From Candidatus Melainabacteria bacterium (lineage in GTDB: Bacteria; Cyanobacteriota; Vampirovibrionia; LMEP-6097): 64,000 bases of DNA. How positions within the stretch are numbered: the first letter of the stretch is position 1; each line of letters starts with the position of its first letter. The stretch spans positions 84,600 to 148,599 of the forward strand of contig DUDT01000012.1 in assembly GCA_005110385.1 (NCBI GenBank), given 5' to 3'. The translations under genes were made by a program, and so were the position numbers. The notes beneath the pieces were generated by a model. That model was given only the letters and a program-made list of their open reading frames with translations, searched no databases and had not been told where the DNA came from. Below are positions 37,228-46,157 of this stretch, piece by piece.

Positions 37228-37836
37228 ATGAATAATTTGACCTTATTTGCGTTACTGTTTTCTATATGTGCTGCTTGTAATGCTGAAATGAAAATTTTTA
37301 TAAATGATAAAAAACCTGCGGTACTAGCACCGACTCAAGCTAGACCACCAGTTAAAAAAGTAGTTAAGGAGAAAAAGAAAATGAGCACTGAATTTAAAAT
37401 AGGGGATTTAGCTCCAGATTTCACTTTAAATGACCAAAACGGTAAAGCACAGACTCTATCTAGTTATAAGGGTAAGTTTGTACTTGTTTATTTCTATCCT
37501 AAGGATGATACTCCAGGATGTACTATAGAAGCTTGTTCTATTAGGGATAATGTTGCTCAGTTTTCGAAATATGATGTTAAAGTCTTTGGTATTAGTGCTG
37601 ACGACGTAGCTAGTCATAAAAAGTTTATTACTAAATATAAGTTACCTTTTGATTTACTTGCTGATACTAATAAAACAGTAGCTAAGCTCTATGGTGCTGA
37701 TGGACTTTTTATTAAAAGAATCTCTTTCTTGATTGATAAAGAAGGAAAGTTTGCGAAATTATACCCAAGTGTGAATCCTAGTCAGCATGCTGGGGAAATA
37801 CTTGCGGATTTAGCTTCGCTTACTCAGCGTATATAG
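37228..37836 (+). CDS. bcp: peroxiredoxin Bcp (thiol peroxidase) with an N-terminal signal/lipoprotein-like extension
   Basis: FVLVYFYPKDDTPGCTIEAC peroxidatic Cys motif; N-terminal LFALLFSICAAC; alternative start M52 at 37381. Confidence 0.85.
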   Translation: MNNLTLFALLFSICAACNAEMKIFINDKKPAVLAPTQARPPVKKVVKEKKKMSTEFKIGDLAPDFTLNDQNGKAQTLSSYKGKFVLVYFYPKDDTPGCTIEACSIRDNVAQFSKYDVKVFGISADDVASHKKFITKYKLPFDLLADTNKTVAKLYGADGLFIKRISFLIDKEGKFAKLYPSVNPSQHAGEILADLASLTQRI

Positions 37837-37958
37837 GTACTGCTCGCAAACTCCAATTCCTGCGTTTTCGTCGTCTTCATGATCCTCATGTACTTCGAGT
37901 ACACTGCGGTCATTCGTCCTCCTCAGCCTTGTACTTGCACGTTCATTAACAGTCCCGT
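37836..37958 (-). repeat. ENAE-type miniature inverted-repeat element, long (123-bp) intergenic variant
   Basis: GGTACTGCTCGCAAACTCCAATTCCTGCGTTTTCGTCGTCTTCATGATCCTC + 37-bp extra module + CTCAGCCTTGTACTTGCACG...AACAGTCCC; its first base is the last base of the bcp TAG. Confidence 0.8.
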
Positions 37959-37988
37959 GGTATAATCCTCAATCAGATTACTTAATAA

Positions 37989-38702
37989 ATGTTTAGAATT
38001 TCAATTTTTTTAGTAGCATACTTATTAAGCGTAACTGGTCTTTTCGCTAAAGCTATAGGACCTAAAGACTATTTTGAAGGGCTGCTTTATAGTATTAGAG
38101 CTAATATAAGGCAGCAAGATAATTTTGCCTATTCAATTTTTTACACGCATCCAAATGCACGAAAAGCTTTATTAGAGCAGCATAATGCTAAAGCTAAATT
38201 ACTCACTGAATCACAAAAGCAGAAAAAAAATGATCCTGAAGATTTAGCAAAGGAATTAGAAGAGGATAAATATTGCGTTGTTAAAGCAATACCAACTTGG
38301 CACGATAGTCCTCTGTACAATGTTTTGGTCGTTCCAATTACTAATCAAACTGTACTTGGAGAAGTTAAATATTATTATTCTAATGCTCTTGAGATAGGGG
38401 ATCTAAAAATAGTCGATAAAAATAATAAAGAGCTAGAGTGTAAAGTCTTTAATAAGAGATACGTTGATTTAATGAATGAAGAAAATGTCCGTTATATAAG
38501 ATCTGTTTATAAGTGGGTTTATTATGGTGTTGATATTACCAAAAAGGCTATGGTAGCTGATTTTGATTTAGCCTGTGTAAATAAATTACAAAAACCAGAG
38601 CTGCTAGTAATTAGAGAGAAAAATTTACCTATAAAAAACTATTTGCAGCAAAATGGCGATGATATAAATAAAAAGATACTGCAAAGATTGTCTAGCTCTT
38701 AA
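37989..38702 (+). CDS. hypothetical secreted protein
   Basis: 237-codon ORF with an N-terminal signal peptide; no family recognised. Confidence 0.5.
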   Translation: MFRISIFLVAYLLSVTGLFAKAIGPKDYFEGLLYSIRANIRQQDNFAYSIFYTHPNARKALLEQHNAKAKLLTESQKQKKNDPEDLAKELEEDKYCVVKAIPTWHDSPLYNVLVVPITNQTVLGEVKYYYSNALEIGDLKIVDKNNKELECKVFNKRYVDLMNEENVRYIRSVYKWVYYGVDITKKAMVADFDLACVNKLQKPELLVIREKNLPIKNYLQQNGDDINKKILQRLSSS

Positions 38703-38728
38703 AAAGTTTTTAAATTGAGATATTTAAT

Positions 38729-39784
38729 TTAAGTAAGTTTAGGAAAAGTATTCAGGGAGTAATTATGAAATTGCTCCCTATTTTTTTCATTTATGCTCAT
38801 AAATTTAAAATATCCAGCACTGGCTATCATGGCAGCATTATCGGTGCAGTATTTTAAATTGGGCATGTGGCAACTTGGGGGCTGTAGCCTTGAAACTACA
38901 TCTTGTGCAGTGGTCTCATTTAGCTTTACAGAAGAAAATCTTTCTTGAAAAACTTTTCTAATGTGTGAATTAGCTGAAACGCCCCCTGCGATTACGACTG
39001 TATCTAAATTTGTTTCAATAATAGCTTTATTTATTTTTTGGTAAAGTGTCTCTGCGATACAGTTCTGGAAGGCGAAGGCGATATCAGCTTTATCTTCTGT
39101 AAATTTTTCTTCGCCGATTTTTTCTTTAAGTCTTAAGACTGCTGTTTTAAGACCAGAGAAACTAAATTTAAAACCTTCGACATTAGAGATCGGGAATTTA
39201 TAAAGCTTGTTCTCAGAACCAGTTTGAGCTAATTTATCGAGCTCTGGTCCTCCGGGGTAGTCTAAGTCTAATAACCTTGCGGTTTTATCGAAAGCCTCTC
39301 CTACTGCATCATCTATGCTAGAACCTAGTATTTCCATTTCATTATAATCATTTACTGTGATAATCTGTGTATGACCGCCACTGACTAACATGCAGAGAAA
39401 AGGTGGTTCTAAACTGCTTTCTAAGAAATTAGAGCAGATATGACCATGTAAATGATTTACTGGAATTAACGGCTTATCATAAATCCAAGCTAAAGTCTGA
39501 GCTACATTAACACCAATTAACAGTGAACCCATAAGACCTGGTCCTACTGTGACAGCTATCGCATCTATGTCTTCGAAATTTAGCTTTGCTGTTTTTAAAG
39601 CACTGTCTATAACTGTATGAATTTTTTCGTAGTGTAGCCTAGAAGCATACTCTGGTATAACGCCGCCCCAATCTTTATGTTCATTGATTTGGCTGTATAG
39701 TACGTTAGATAAGACTTCTCTACCGTTTTTAACTATACTAGCAGCACTTTCGTCGCAGCTGCTTTCTATTCCCAAGATGAGCAT
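38729..39784 (-). CDS. tsaD: tRNA N6-adenosine threonylcarbamoyltransferase TsaD
   Basis: MLILGIESSCDESAASIV, NHLHGH metal-binding motif, GGVSAN. Confidence 0.9.
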   Translation of the reverse strand: MLILGIESSCDESAASIVKNGREVLSNVLYSQINEHKDWGGVIPEYASRLHYEKIHTVIDSALKTAKLNFEDIDAIAVTVGPGLMGSLLIGVNVAQTLAWIYDKPLIPVNHLHGHICSNFLESSLEPPFLCMLVSGGHTQIITVNDYNEMEILGSSIDDAVGEAFDKTARLLDLDYPGGPELDKLAQTGSENKLYKFPISNVEGFKFSFSGLKTAVLRLKEKIGEEKFTEDKADIAFAFQNCIAETLYQKINKAIIETNLDTVVIAGGVSANSHIRKVFQERFSSVKLNETTAQDVVSRLQPPSCHMPNLKYCTDNAAMIASAGYFKFMSINEKNREQFHNYSLNTFPKLT

Positions 39785-39879
39785 TCTATTTATTCTAGTT
39801 TATCTGTGATATTTTGATCATTTAAAAAAATCAGTATTTTATTTAGTTATAAGAGGAGATCCTATGTAAAATGATTTAA

Positions 39880-40770
39880 ATGTCTAAATTAATTAAACTC
39901 TGTAGCTGGAATGTAAATGGCATTAGGGCGGTAGCTAAAAAAGGTTTTTTTGAATGGTTAAACGCTGAAGATTACGATGTTGTCTGTCTTCAGGAGACTA
40001 AAGCTCAGGTGGAGCAGCTAGAGCATGAATTTAAGGGAAATGAAAAATATCCATTAGTGCATTTTAATAGTGCTGAACGTAAGGGTTATAGTGGTGTAGC
40101 TTCTTTTTTTAAAGAAGGTTTTAAGCCAGCTCAAATTTCAGATGGTTTCGATTTAGGCTTAGCTCAGAAAATTACGAAGAAGTTAAATATGGAAATGAGT
40201 TTGATAGAGGCTTTTAACTCAGAAGGGCGTGTGATTTGTAGCCATCACGACTTAAATAATAACAGCTCAAATAATTTGAGTAGTGATAATTTTGTAAAAG
40301 AAAGAACGCTCGTTTTGTTTAATATTTATTTCCCTAACGGCGGCGCTAACCAAGAGCGTTATAGATTTAAATTAAAGTTCTATGATTTTTTTCTAGAATA
40401 TTTAAAGGCTTATGAAGATGAGTATCCGAATATCGCGGTAACTGGTGATTATAATACTGCTCATAACGCTATAGATTTAGCTCGTCCTAAGGATAATGAA
40501 CAAACTTCAGGGTTTATTCGTGAAGAGCGTGATTACTTAGATCGCCTTCTTGCTATGGGTTATATCGATACTTTTAGGTATTTGCATCCTGAGCCTGATA
40601 ATTATACGTGGTGGAGTTATCGAACGGCGGCACGTAAGCGTAATGTGGGCTGGAGGATAGATTACTTCTTTGTTTCTAAAAGTCTTGTAGGGAAAGTTAA
40701 AGAAGCTGAAATTTTAAATCAGGTAGAGGGTTCTGATCATTGTCCGGTGAGTTTAGTATTAGGGTTTTAA
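39880..40770 (+). CDS. xth: exodeoxyribonuclease III
   Basis: SWNVNGIRA, LQETK, GDYNTAHN, WWSYR and SDHCPV motifs. Confidence 0.85.
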   Translation: MSKLIKLCSWNVNGIRAVAKKGFFEWLNAEDYDVVCLQETKAQVEQLEHEFKGNEKYPLVHFNSAERKGYSGVASFFKEGFKPAQISDGFDLGLAQKITKKLNMEMSLIEAFNSEGRVICSHHDLNNNSSNNLSSDNFVKERTLVLFNIYFPNGGANQERYRFKLKFYDFFLEYLKAYEDEYPNIAVTGDYNTAHNAIDLARPKDNEQTSGFIREERDYLDRLLAMGYIDTFRYLHPEPDNYTWWSYRTAARKRNVGWRIDYFFVSKSLVGKVKEAEILNQVEGSDHCPVSLVLGF

Positions 40771-40839
40771 TTAGTCTTATTTATTACTGAGTGGGATAGC
40801 ATAAATTTTAATCAAGATGGCATACTTAATATTTAAGAA

Positions 40840-43800
40840 ATGACGTTAACTTTAGAAAATATTTTTAATCGTTTAAACCCAGCTCAAAAAGAGGCTGTAG
40901 AAGAGACTGAAGGACCAGTAATGGTTTTAGCTGGTCCGGGGACTGGAAAAACTCAGGTCTTAGCTTCACGTATCGCAAATATACTTAGTAACCCAGATTT
41001 ACAGATGAATCCTGAAAATATTCTCTGTCTAACTTTTACTGAAAGTGGTGTAGTCGCCATGCGTAATCGCTTGATAAGTATTATCGGTACAGCAGCTTAT
41101 TACGTGAAAATTCATACTTTCCATTCTTTCTGTAACGAAGTTATACAGGGTAATTCAGAAATTTTTCCTAGCTTAAGCTCGGTAGCGGAGCTTGAGCAGA
41201 TAGAGATAATCGAGAAACTAATTTCAGGGCTGGATGTTTCTAGTCCTTTAAAGCCTTTTGCTGATCCGTATTTACATAAAAGCGAAGCACTCTATGTGAT
41301 TAAATTACTTAAAAGAGAATCGGTAAGTCCAGATGATTTAGAGGCTTCTATCGCCTTTATCGAGCTTTTATCGAAAATAATTCACGACGATATAATGAGC
41401 TTTATTCGCCAGAATGCTCGCTCACTGAAAGATGAGGACTGTTTGATTTTTATAGATAATCTCGCAAATACTTTAAAACAGGCTGATCTAGAAACATATT
41501 TACTACCGAATTCACCATTAGATTTAAGCTTAGCGAAAGAAAAAATACAGAAATTTATTATTCAGGTAAGGAAATTTTTTAATCAGGCGACTAAGGTCGC
41601 TGATTTTAAATCGACCTTAAAAGATTTTTATACTAAGGCTATAGATAATGTTCCTAAACAGTATGAGCTAGTAAAGCTTTATCGAGGCTATATTAAAACT
41701 CTTTTAGAAAAGAGACTTTATGATTTTGAGGATATGCTGCTCATGGTTATAAATGCTTTTAGTAAGCATCCAGATCTTTTAGCCACTTACCAAGAGAAGT
41801 TTCAGTATTTACTAGTCGATGAATATCAAGATACGAACGGCTCACAGAATAAAATACTTGAACATCTCTGTTCTTTTTATCAAGATCAAGCGAATATCTT
41901 CGTTGTAGGAGATGATGATCAATCTATCTATAAATTTCAGGGAGCATCACTGGAGAACATCAGTTCTTTTTTCGGAACTTACCGAGAAACTCTTAAGATG
42001 GTGGTCTTGACTGAAAATTATCGCAGTCAGCAGAATATTTTAGATCTTTCACATTTTTTAGTTAGCCATAACCAGAATCAAATCATAGAGCTGTTTCCAG
42101 ATTTAGAGAAAAAGCTACATGCTGCTACTGATATAGCTTTAGGGCCAGTAAAACTCATCGCTCATCAGGATTTTAATTCAGAATTATTTTATATAGTAAA
42201 AAAAATTCAAGAGCTTATCACTGAAGGCGTGCAGCCTGAAGAGATCGCAGTTTTGGTTAGGAATAATAAGGACGTTACTGCTATCGCTGATCTGCTTGCA
42301 AGAGCGAGCGTGCCAGTGAAAACATATTCTAATGAAAATATTTTAGAAGATATTTTAATCGCGCAATTAATAGACCTTCTCAGAGTAATATCTAAGCCTA
42401 AGGCTCATAGTTATTTACTTTTTAATCTTTTACATTATGATTTTATTTTAGGTTCTGCTCTGGTGGGGGAAGCTTCTGTAAATTTAGGTGTTTCAAGCAA
42501 TAATAATCTTTGTGAATTTACTAACAAGGCGGTTAAACTGCGTGAAATATGGAAATTAAATAAATTAAATCGTGATTCAGAACTTAGCCTTATTGAGTTG
42601 ATGCTAGAGCATGAGCTGTTTAAGCCTTTTGCAGAGAAGATTTTAGATTTTCATCAGCGAGCTTCTAATCATTTTTTAGATAAGCTCTTTGAAGATATTA
42701 TTAATGAGTTTAATTATCTAAATTTTATAGTGAAGGATTTTAATAATATTCAAGTAAGTAATTTACAGAATTTAAATCAGCTCTTCGCTGAAATTAAGGA
42801 ATTACAGCTAAATCATAAAAACAAAGCAGCTTATGATACTTCTAGCTCAGTCACCCCAATTTATCAGCTAGAGAGCTTCCTTGCGCACATAGATAGACTG
42901 CGTGAAAATAGATTAAAGCTAAATGCTGCTAGCATAGATGATTTAAGCCTTTCTGCGGTGCAGATTATGACGGCGCATAAATCTAAAGGGCTTGAGTTTG
43001 AATATGTTTTTATACATAAATGTGTAGATAAAATATGGGGTAATGTTACTAATCGTAGTAAACTCAGGCTGCCGCCATTCACCATTGGGGATTCCGTTCT
43101 GGAAACTAAAGAGTCTCAGAATGATGAAGAGCGTAGGCTGTTTTTTGTGGCTATGACAAGAGCCAAAAAAGAGGTTTTTGTTAATTTTTTTAAAAAAGAT
43201 GCTAACGCAAAGGATGTTAGTCCTTCACTGTTCGTCGAAGAGCTTTTAAGTTTTAGGGATAAGGAAAAAATACAGCTTATAGATGCTACTGATAAATCTA
43301 ATTATGGATTAACTTCACTCCTAGAGAAGAACTTAGCTTTCCTAAGTTCCCATGAAGCTCATCATTATACTGATACTAAAGTCCTAGATGCGGTGCTTGC
43401 TGAGTATAAACTTTCTGTAACACATTTAAATACTTTCTTGAAATGCCCGCGTAAATTCCTTTTTCAGAATTTATTAAGAGTGCCAGCCGCTAAAGATAAA
43501 AGTGCTAGCTTCGGTACGGCTGTGCATAATGCTCTCTATGAGACTTTTCTGCATATTAAGAAAAAAGATATGGATCATAAAGCCTTTCTCTTAAAGAGCT
43601 TTGAGCAGAGCTTGCAGCGTGAATATTTAGATGAAAAGGATTACGCAGATTCTTTAGCCTTAGGCTTAAATTCCTTAGCAGCTTACTACGATGAGTATCA
43701 GGATTCGTTTATAGAGAATGTGGAATTAGAGTTTAATCATAAAAGTTTAGAATATAAGGGGCTTAATCTTACTGGTAAACTCGATAAAATAGAAGTTTTG

Positions 43801-44166
43801 GATTCTGTAACCCGCACGGTGAACGTCGTTGATTATAAAACTGGGAATCCCACCTATGCTGATTCTAAACTTAAACCGGGTGCTGATTACCATCGGCAGA
43901 TAGCTTTCTATCAGCTTTTAACAGATCTTGCTTTTGAGCAGGGTGTTTCTACTTATAGAATGCAGTCTGGGGAAATAGATTTTGTGCAGCCATGTAAAAC
44001 AAATGATTTTAAGAAGGCTAAGATATATATTACTAAAGAGGATTTAGCGAATTTAGATTTAGAGATAGAGAGTTTTAAAATTAAGCTTGCGAATAGAGAT
44101 TTTAATATGACTGAGGATGTGAAGATTTGTTCGAGTTGTCAGTTTAAGAATTTATGCTGTAGGTGA
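40840..44166 (+). CDS. UvrD/PcrA-type SF1 helicase fused to a C-terminal PD-(D/E)XK nuclease with a Cys cluster
   Basis: AGPGTGKT, DEYQDTN, ENYRS and TAHKSKGLEF helicase motifs; C-terminal CPRKF, GKLDKIE, VVDYKTG and CSSCQFKNLCC (AddB/Cas4-like). Confidence 0.8.
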   Translation: MTLTLENIFNRLNPAQKEAVEETEGPVMVLAGPGTGKTQVLASRIANILSNPDLQMNPENILCLTFTESGVVAMRNRLISIIGTAAYYVKIHTFHSFCNEVIQGNSEIFPSLSSVAELEQIEIIEKLISGLDVSSPLKPFADPYLHKSEALYVIKLLKRESVSPDDLEASIAFIELLSKIIHDDIMSFIRQNARSLKDEDCLIFIDNLANTLKQADLETYLLPNSPLDLSLAKEKIQKFIIQVRKFFNQATKVADFKSTLKDFYTKAIDNVPKQYELVKLYRGYIKTLLEKRLYDFEDMLLMVINAFSKHPDLLATYQEKFQYLLVDEYQDTNGSQNKILEHLCSFYQDQANIFVVGDDDQSIYKFQGASLENISSFFGTYRETLKMVVLTENYRSQQNILDLSHFLVSHNQNQIIELFPDLEKKLHAATDIALGPVKLIAHQDFNSELFYIVKKIQELITEGVQPEEIAVLVRNNKDVTAIADLLARASVPVKTYSNENILEDILIAQLIDLLRVISKPKAHSYLLFNLLHYDFILGSALVGEASVNLGVSSNNNLCEFTNKAVKLREIWKLNKLNRDSELSLIELMLEHELFKPFAEKILDFHQRASNHFLDKLFEDIINEFNYLNFIVKDFNNIQVSNLQNLNQLFAEIKELQLNHKNKAAYDTSSSVTPIYQLESFLAHIDRLRENRLKLNAASIDDLSLSAVQIMTAHKSKGLEFEYVFIHKCVDKIWGNVTNRSKLRLPPFTIGDSVLETKESQNDEERRLFFVAMTRAKKEVFVNFFKKDANAKDVSPSLFVEELLSFRDKEKIQLIDATDKSNYGLTSLLEKNLAFLSSHEAHHYTDTKVLDAVLAEYKLSVTHLNTFLKCPRKFLFQNLLRVPAAKDKSASFGTAVHNALYETFLHIKKKDMDHKAFLLKSFEQSLQREYLDEKDYADSLALGLNSLAAYYDEYQDSFIENVELEFNHKSLEYKGLNLTGKLDKIEVLDSVTRTVNVVDYKTGNPTYADSKLKPGADYHRQIAFYQLLTDLAFEQGVSTYRMQSGEIDFVQPCKTNDFKKAKIYITKEDLANLDLEIESFKIKLANRDFNMTEDVKICSSCQFKNLCCR

Positions 44167-44184
44167 AGATTCTTCAGAAAGGTT

Positions 44185-45225
44185 TTATATTACTTCCTCT
44201 AAAGCCTTCCAACTCTTACACTCTTTATGAATCTGAAACTCTATATGCTTATAAAGTAGCTGTAAACATGATTTCAATTCATTATTCTGTGAGTCGAGGC
44301 TAAAAGCTATTTCTGGGACGGATGAGGAAATATTATTATCGAGCTGATGCTGATGGTGCTGTACGCCTGCCTCAAGACTAGCTTTAATTTCCTCCAAACT
44401 CACTTGCATATAATTCACTAAAAAATCTTCTATCAAAATTTCTCTTAATGTGATTTTTTTATTTTCGTTTTGAAAAGATACCTGAAAATCAGTGTCTAAG
44501 CTGCTTAGTGGTGATCTGTCTAAGGCATCTAAAAGTTTAAATGTAAATTTCTTTAAAGAGACTATATGATCGTCTGTGTGGTAGCCCTGCCTGTAGAGCT
44601 CATAGCCCTCTGTGCTGCAAATAGAACCACTGCTGAGGTCGAAATATTGTGGTATCTGCTTAGGCTGTCTGCGTTTGCGTGTGAGCGTGCAGGTATTTAA
44701 GTCTGGCTTGTAACCAAGCTCGCAGATTATGCACCAGAGAAATTCTATGCTGAGAAGCAGTTGTTGATTCGTTTTAATTTCACCAGACTGCTCGTAAGCT
44801 CCAGTTTCTGCGTTTTCGCTGATTCTATTTTTATTTAAATGCCCTGCTGTAATGCTTTTAAGGTATCTTAAGTAAATATCCAAAAGCTCAAAGAAATTTC
44901 TCGTGCTATCGCATTCATTTGAGATTTTTTCAGTGATTTCTGATGCGAAAAAAGCTAAGTTTAAGGCTAGAAGATCAGAGCAGCCTAAGAGGAAATTATT
45001 TACTATGCTGACTTCTGAGACTATATCTAGGTTTTTCCCTTTGGCGAGTAGGAAATCGCAGTGATTTAAAGTCTGGGTTTTCGCGGCAAATGAGCTGTTC
45101 ATGCGCCTAGCACCTTTAGCGATAGCTGAAATTAAACCGTTTTCAGGAGTTAAAATTTTTAATATTCTATCTGCTTCACCGAGCTTTTGGGTTTTAAGAA
45201 TAATCCCAGAGCTTCTATACTGCAT
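44185..45225 (-). CDS. recO: DNA repair protein RecO, extended and carrying a short in-frame repeat-element insertion
   Basis: N-terminal OB-fold region SSGIILKTQKLGEADRILKILTPENGLISAIAKGARR; 346 aa versus about 250 typical. Confidence 0.7.
   Translation of the reverse strand: MQYRSSGIILKTQKLGEADRILKILTPENGLISAIAKGARRMNSSFAAKTQTLNHCDFLLAKGKNLDIVSEVSIVNNFLLGCSDLLALNLAFFASEITEKISNECDSTRNFFELLDIYLRYLKSITAGHLNKNRISENAETGAYEQSGEIKTNQQLLLSIEFLWCIICELGYKPDLNTCTLTRKRRQPKQIPQYFDLSSGSICSTEGYELYRQGYHTDDHIVSLKKFTFKLLDALDRSPLSSLDTDFQVSFQNENKKITLREILIEDFLVNYMQVSLEEIKASLEAGVQHHQHQLDNNISSSVPEIAFSLDSQNNELKSCLQLLYKHIEFQIHKECKSWKALEEVI
44785..44823 (-). repeat. partial ENAE-type element in frame within recO
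   Basis: AGACTGCTCGTAAGCTCCAGTTTCTGCGTTTTCGCTGAT aligns with the left end of the 37836 copy; it encodes ISENAETGAYEQSGE. Confidence 0.6.
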
Positions 45226-46037
45226 TAAATACCCCAGCTCATAGTCACTGGATCTATCGGAGTGAAGCCTTTATCTGAGATGAGTACACTGTTTTCGTAT
45301 CTATAGCAAGATTCTGGTAAAGTCTCTGTATTAAAATCTGTCGCTATAAGTGCTACTTTAGTTTTATCATTTACTGAGAGTTGTTCGTCTAATCTAGAAA
45401 CAATGGCACTCGCGATATCGGCATCACCACTCACTTTACTATTGAAATAGACTAAAACATCGACTCTGCCTTGATTTGATAGTCTGATACTGTCGCCAAG
45501 TATTTTATCTACATGCATTTCAAAATCATATTTTTTCCCGCCAGCGAAAGGATTAATCTCACGAGGCACTGAAAGAACTATTGCTTCACCAGATTTACCT
45601 GATGGATAAGTATAACGGCGATATTTACTCTCTAATTTACCGAGCTCTTCCATCTGCCATTTAGTGCGTTCGCTTTTCCATGATCCAGTGGTGCAGATAG
45701 GTGTGATAATCTTATGACCATTATCTATTGCAGCCATAACGCTGCTTGCAAAAGGAATCTCTGGGTTATCGCTATATTGAACGAAAGCTGGATCATAGCC
45801 TTCTACTTTAGTTATGGATAAAGATACACCAAAGCTTTTAGCTTCTTTATAGAGATGTTCTAAACTTGAAAAGTTAATGCCACCTTTTTTAGTAGTACTA
45901 GCTGATACCGCACAGCCTTCGCAGCCGATAGGGCAGGAATTCATATGCCTCTCATGGAAAATGTGTTTGAGGTAAAAATCTTTCTTATTTACTGAGTTTA
46001 AAACTAACTCAGACTTCGTAGCTAAGGCTAATTCCAT
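45225..46037 (-). CDS. small radical-SAM-like protein (CxxxCxxC), function unknown
   Basis: CPIGCEGC motif at residues 35-42; its stop overlaps the recO start (TAATG). Confidence 0.45.
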   Translation of the reverse strand: MELALATKSELVLNSVNKKDFYLKHIFHERHMNSCPIGCEGCAVSASTTKKGGINFSSLEHLYKEAKSFGVSLSITKVEGYDPAFVQYSDNPEIPFASSVMAAIDNGHKIITPICTTGSWKSERTKWQMEELGKLESKYRRYTYPSGKSGEAIVLSVPREINPFAGGKKYDFEMHVDKILGDSIRLSNQGRVDVLVYFNSKVSGDADIASAIVSRLDEQLSVNDKTKVALIATDFNTETLPESCYRYENSVLISDKGFTPIDPVTMSWGI

Positions 46038-46157
46038 TAATTTTTCATTATACTATAGTTTTTTACTTAATTATCTTTACATTACTCGTAAAGTTTAGCA
46101 TTTGGTAAAGATTTGCATGAACAGCGGATTTTCGTTATGGAGCTGTGCATTAGTCTT

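Noticed and set aside
40243-40300. Asn/Ser-rich insertion in Xth (HHDLNNNSSNNLSSDNF) as another copy of the ENAE element
   Set aside because: It has no sequence similarity to the element core or terminal repeats. It looks like ordinary AT-driven low-complexity expansion.
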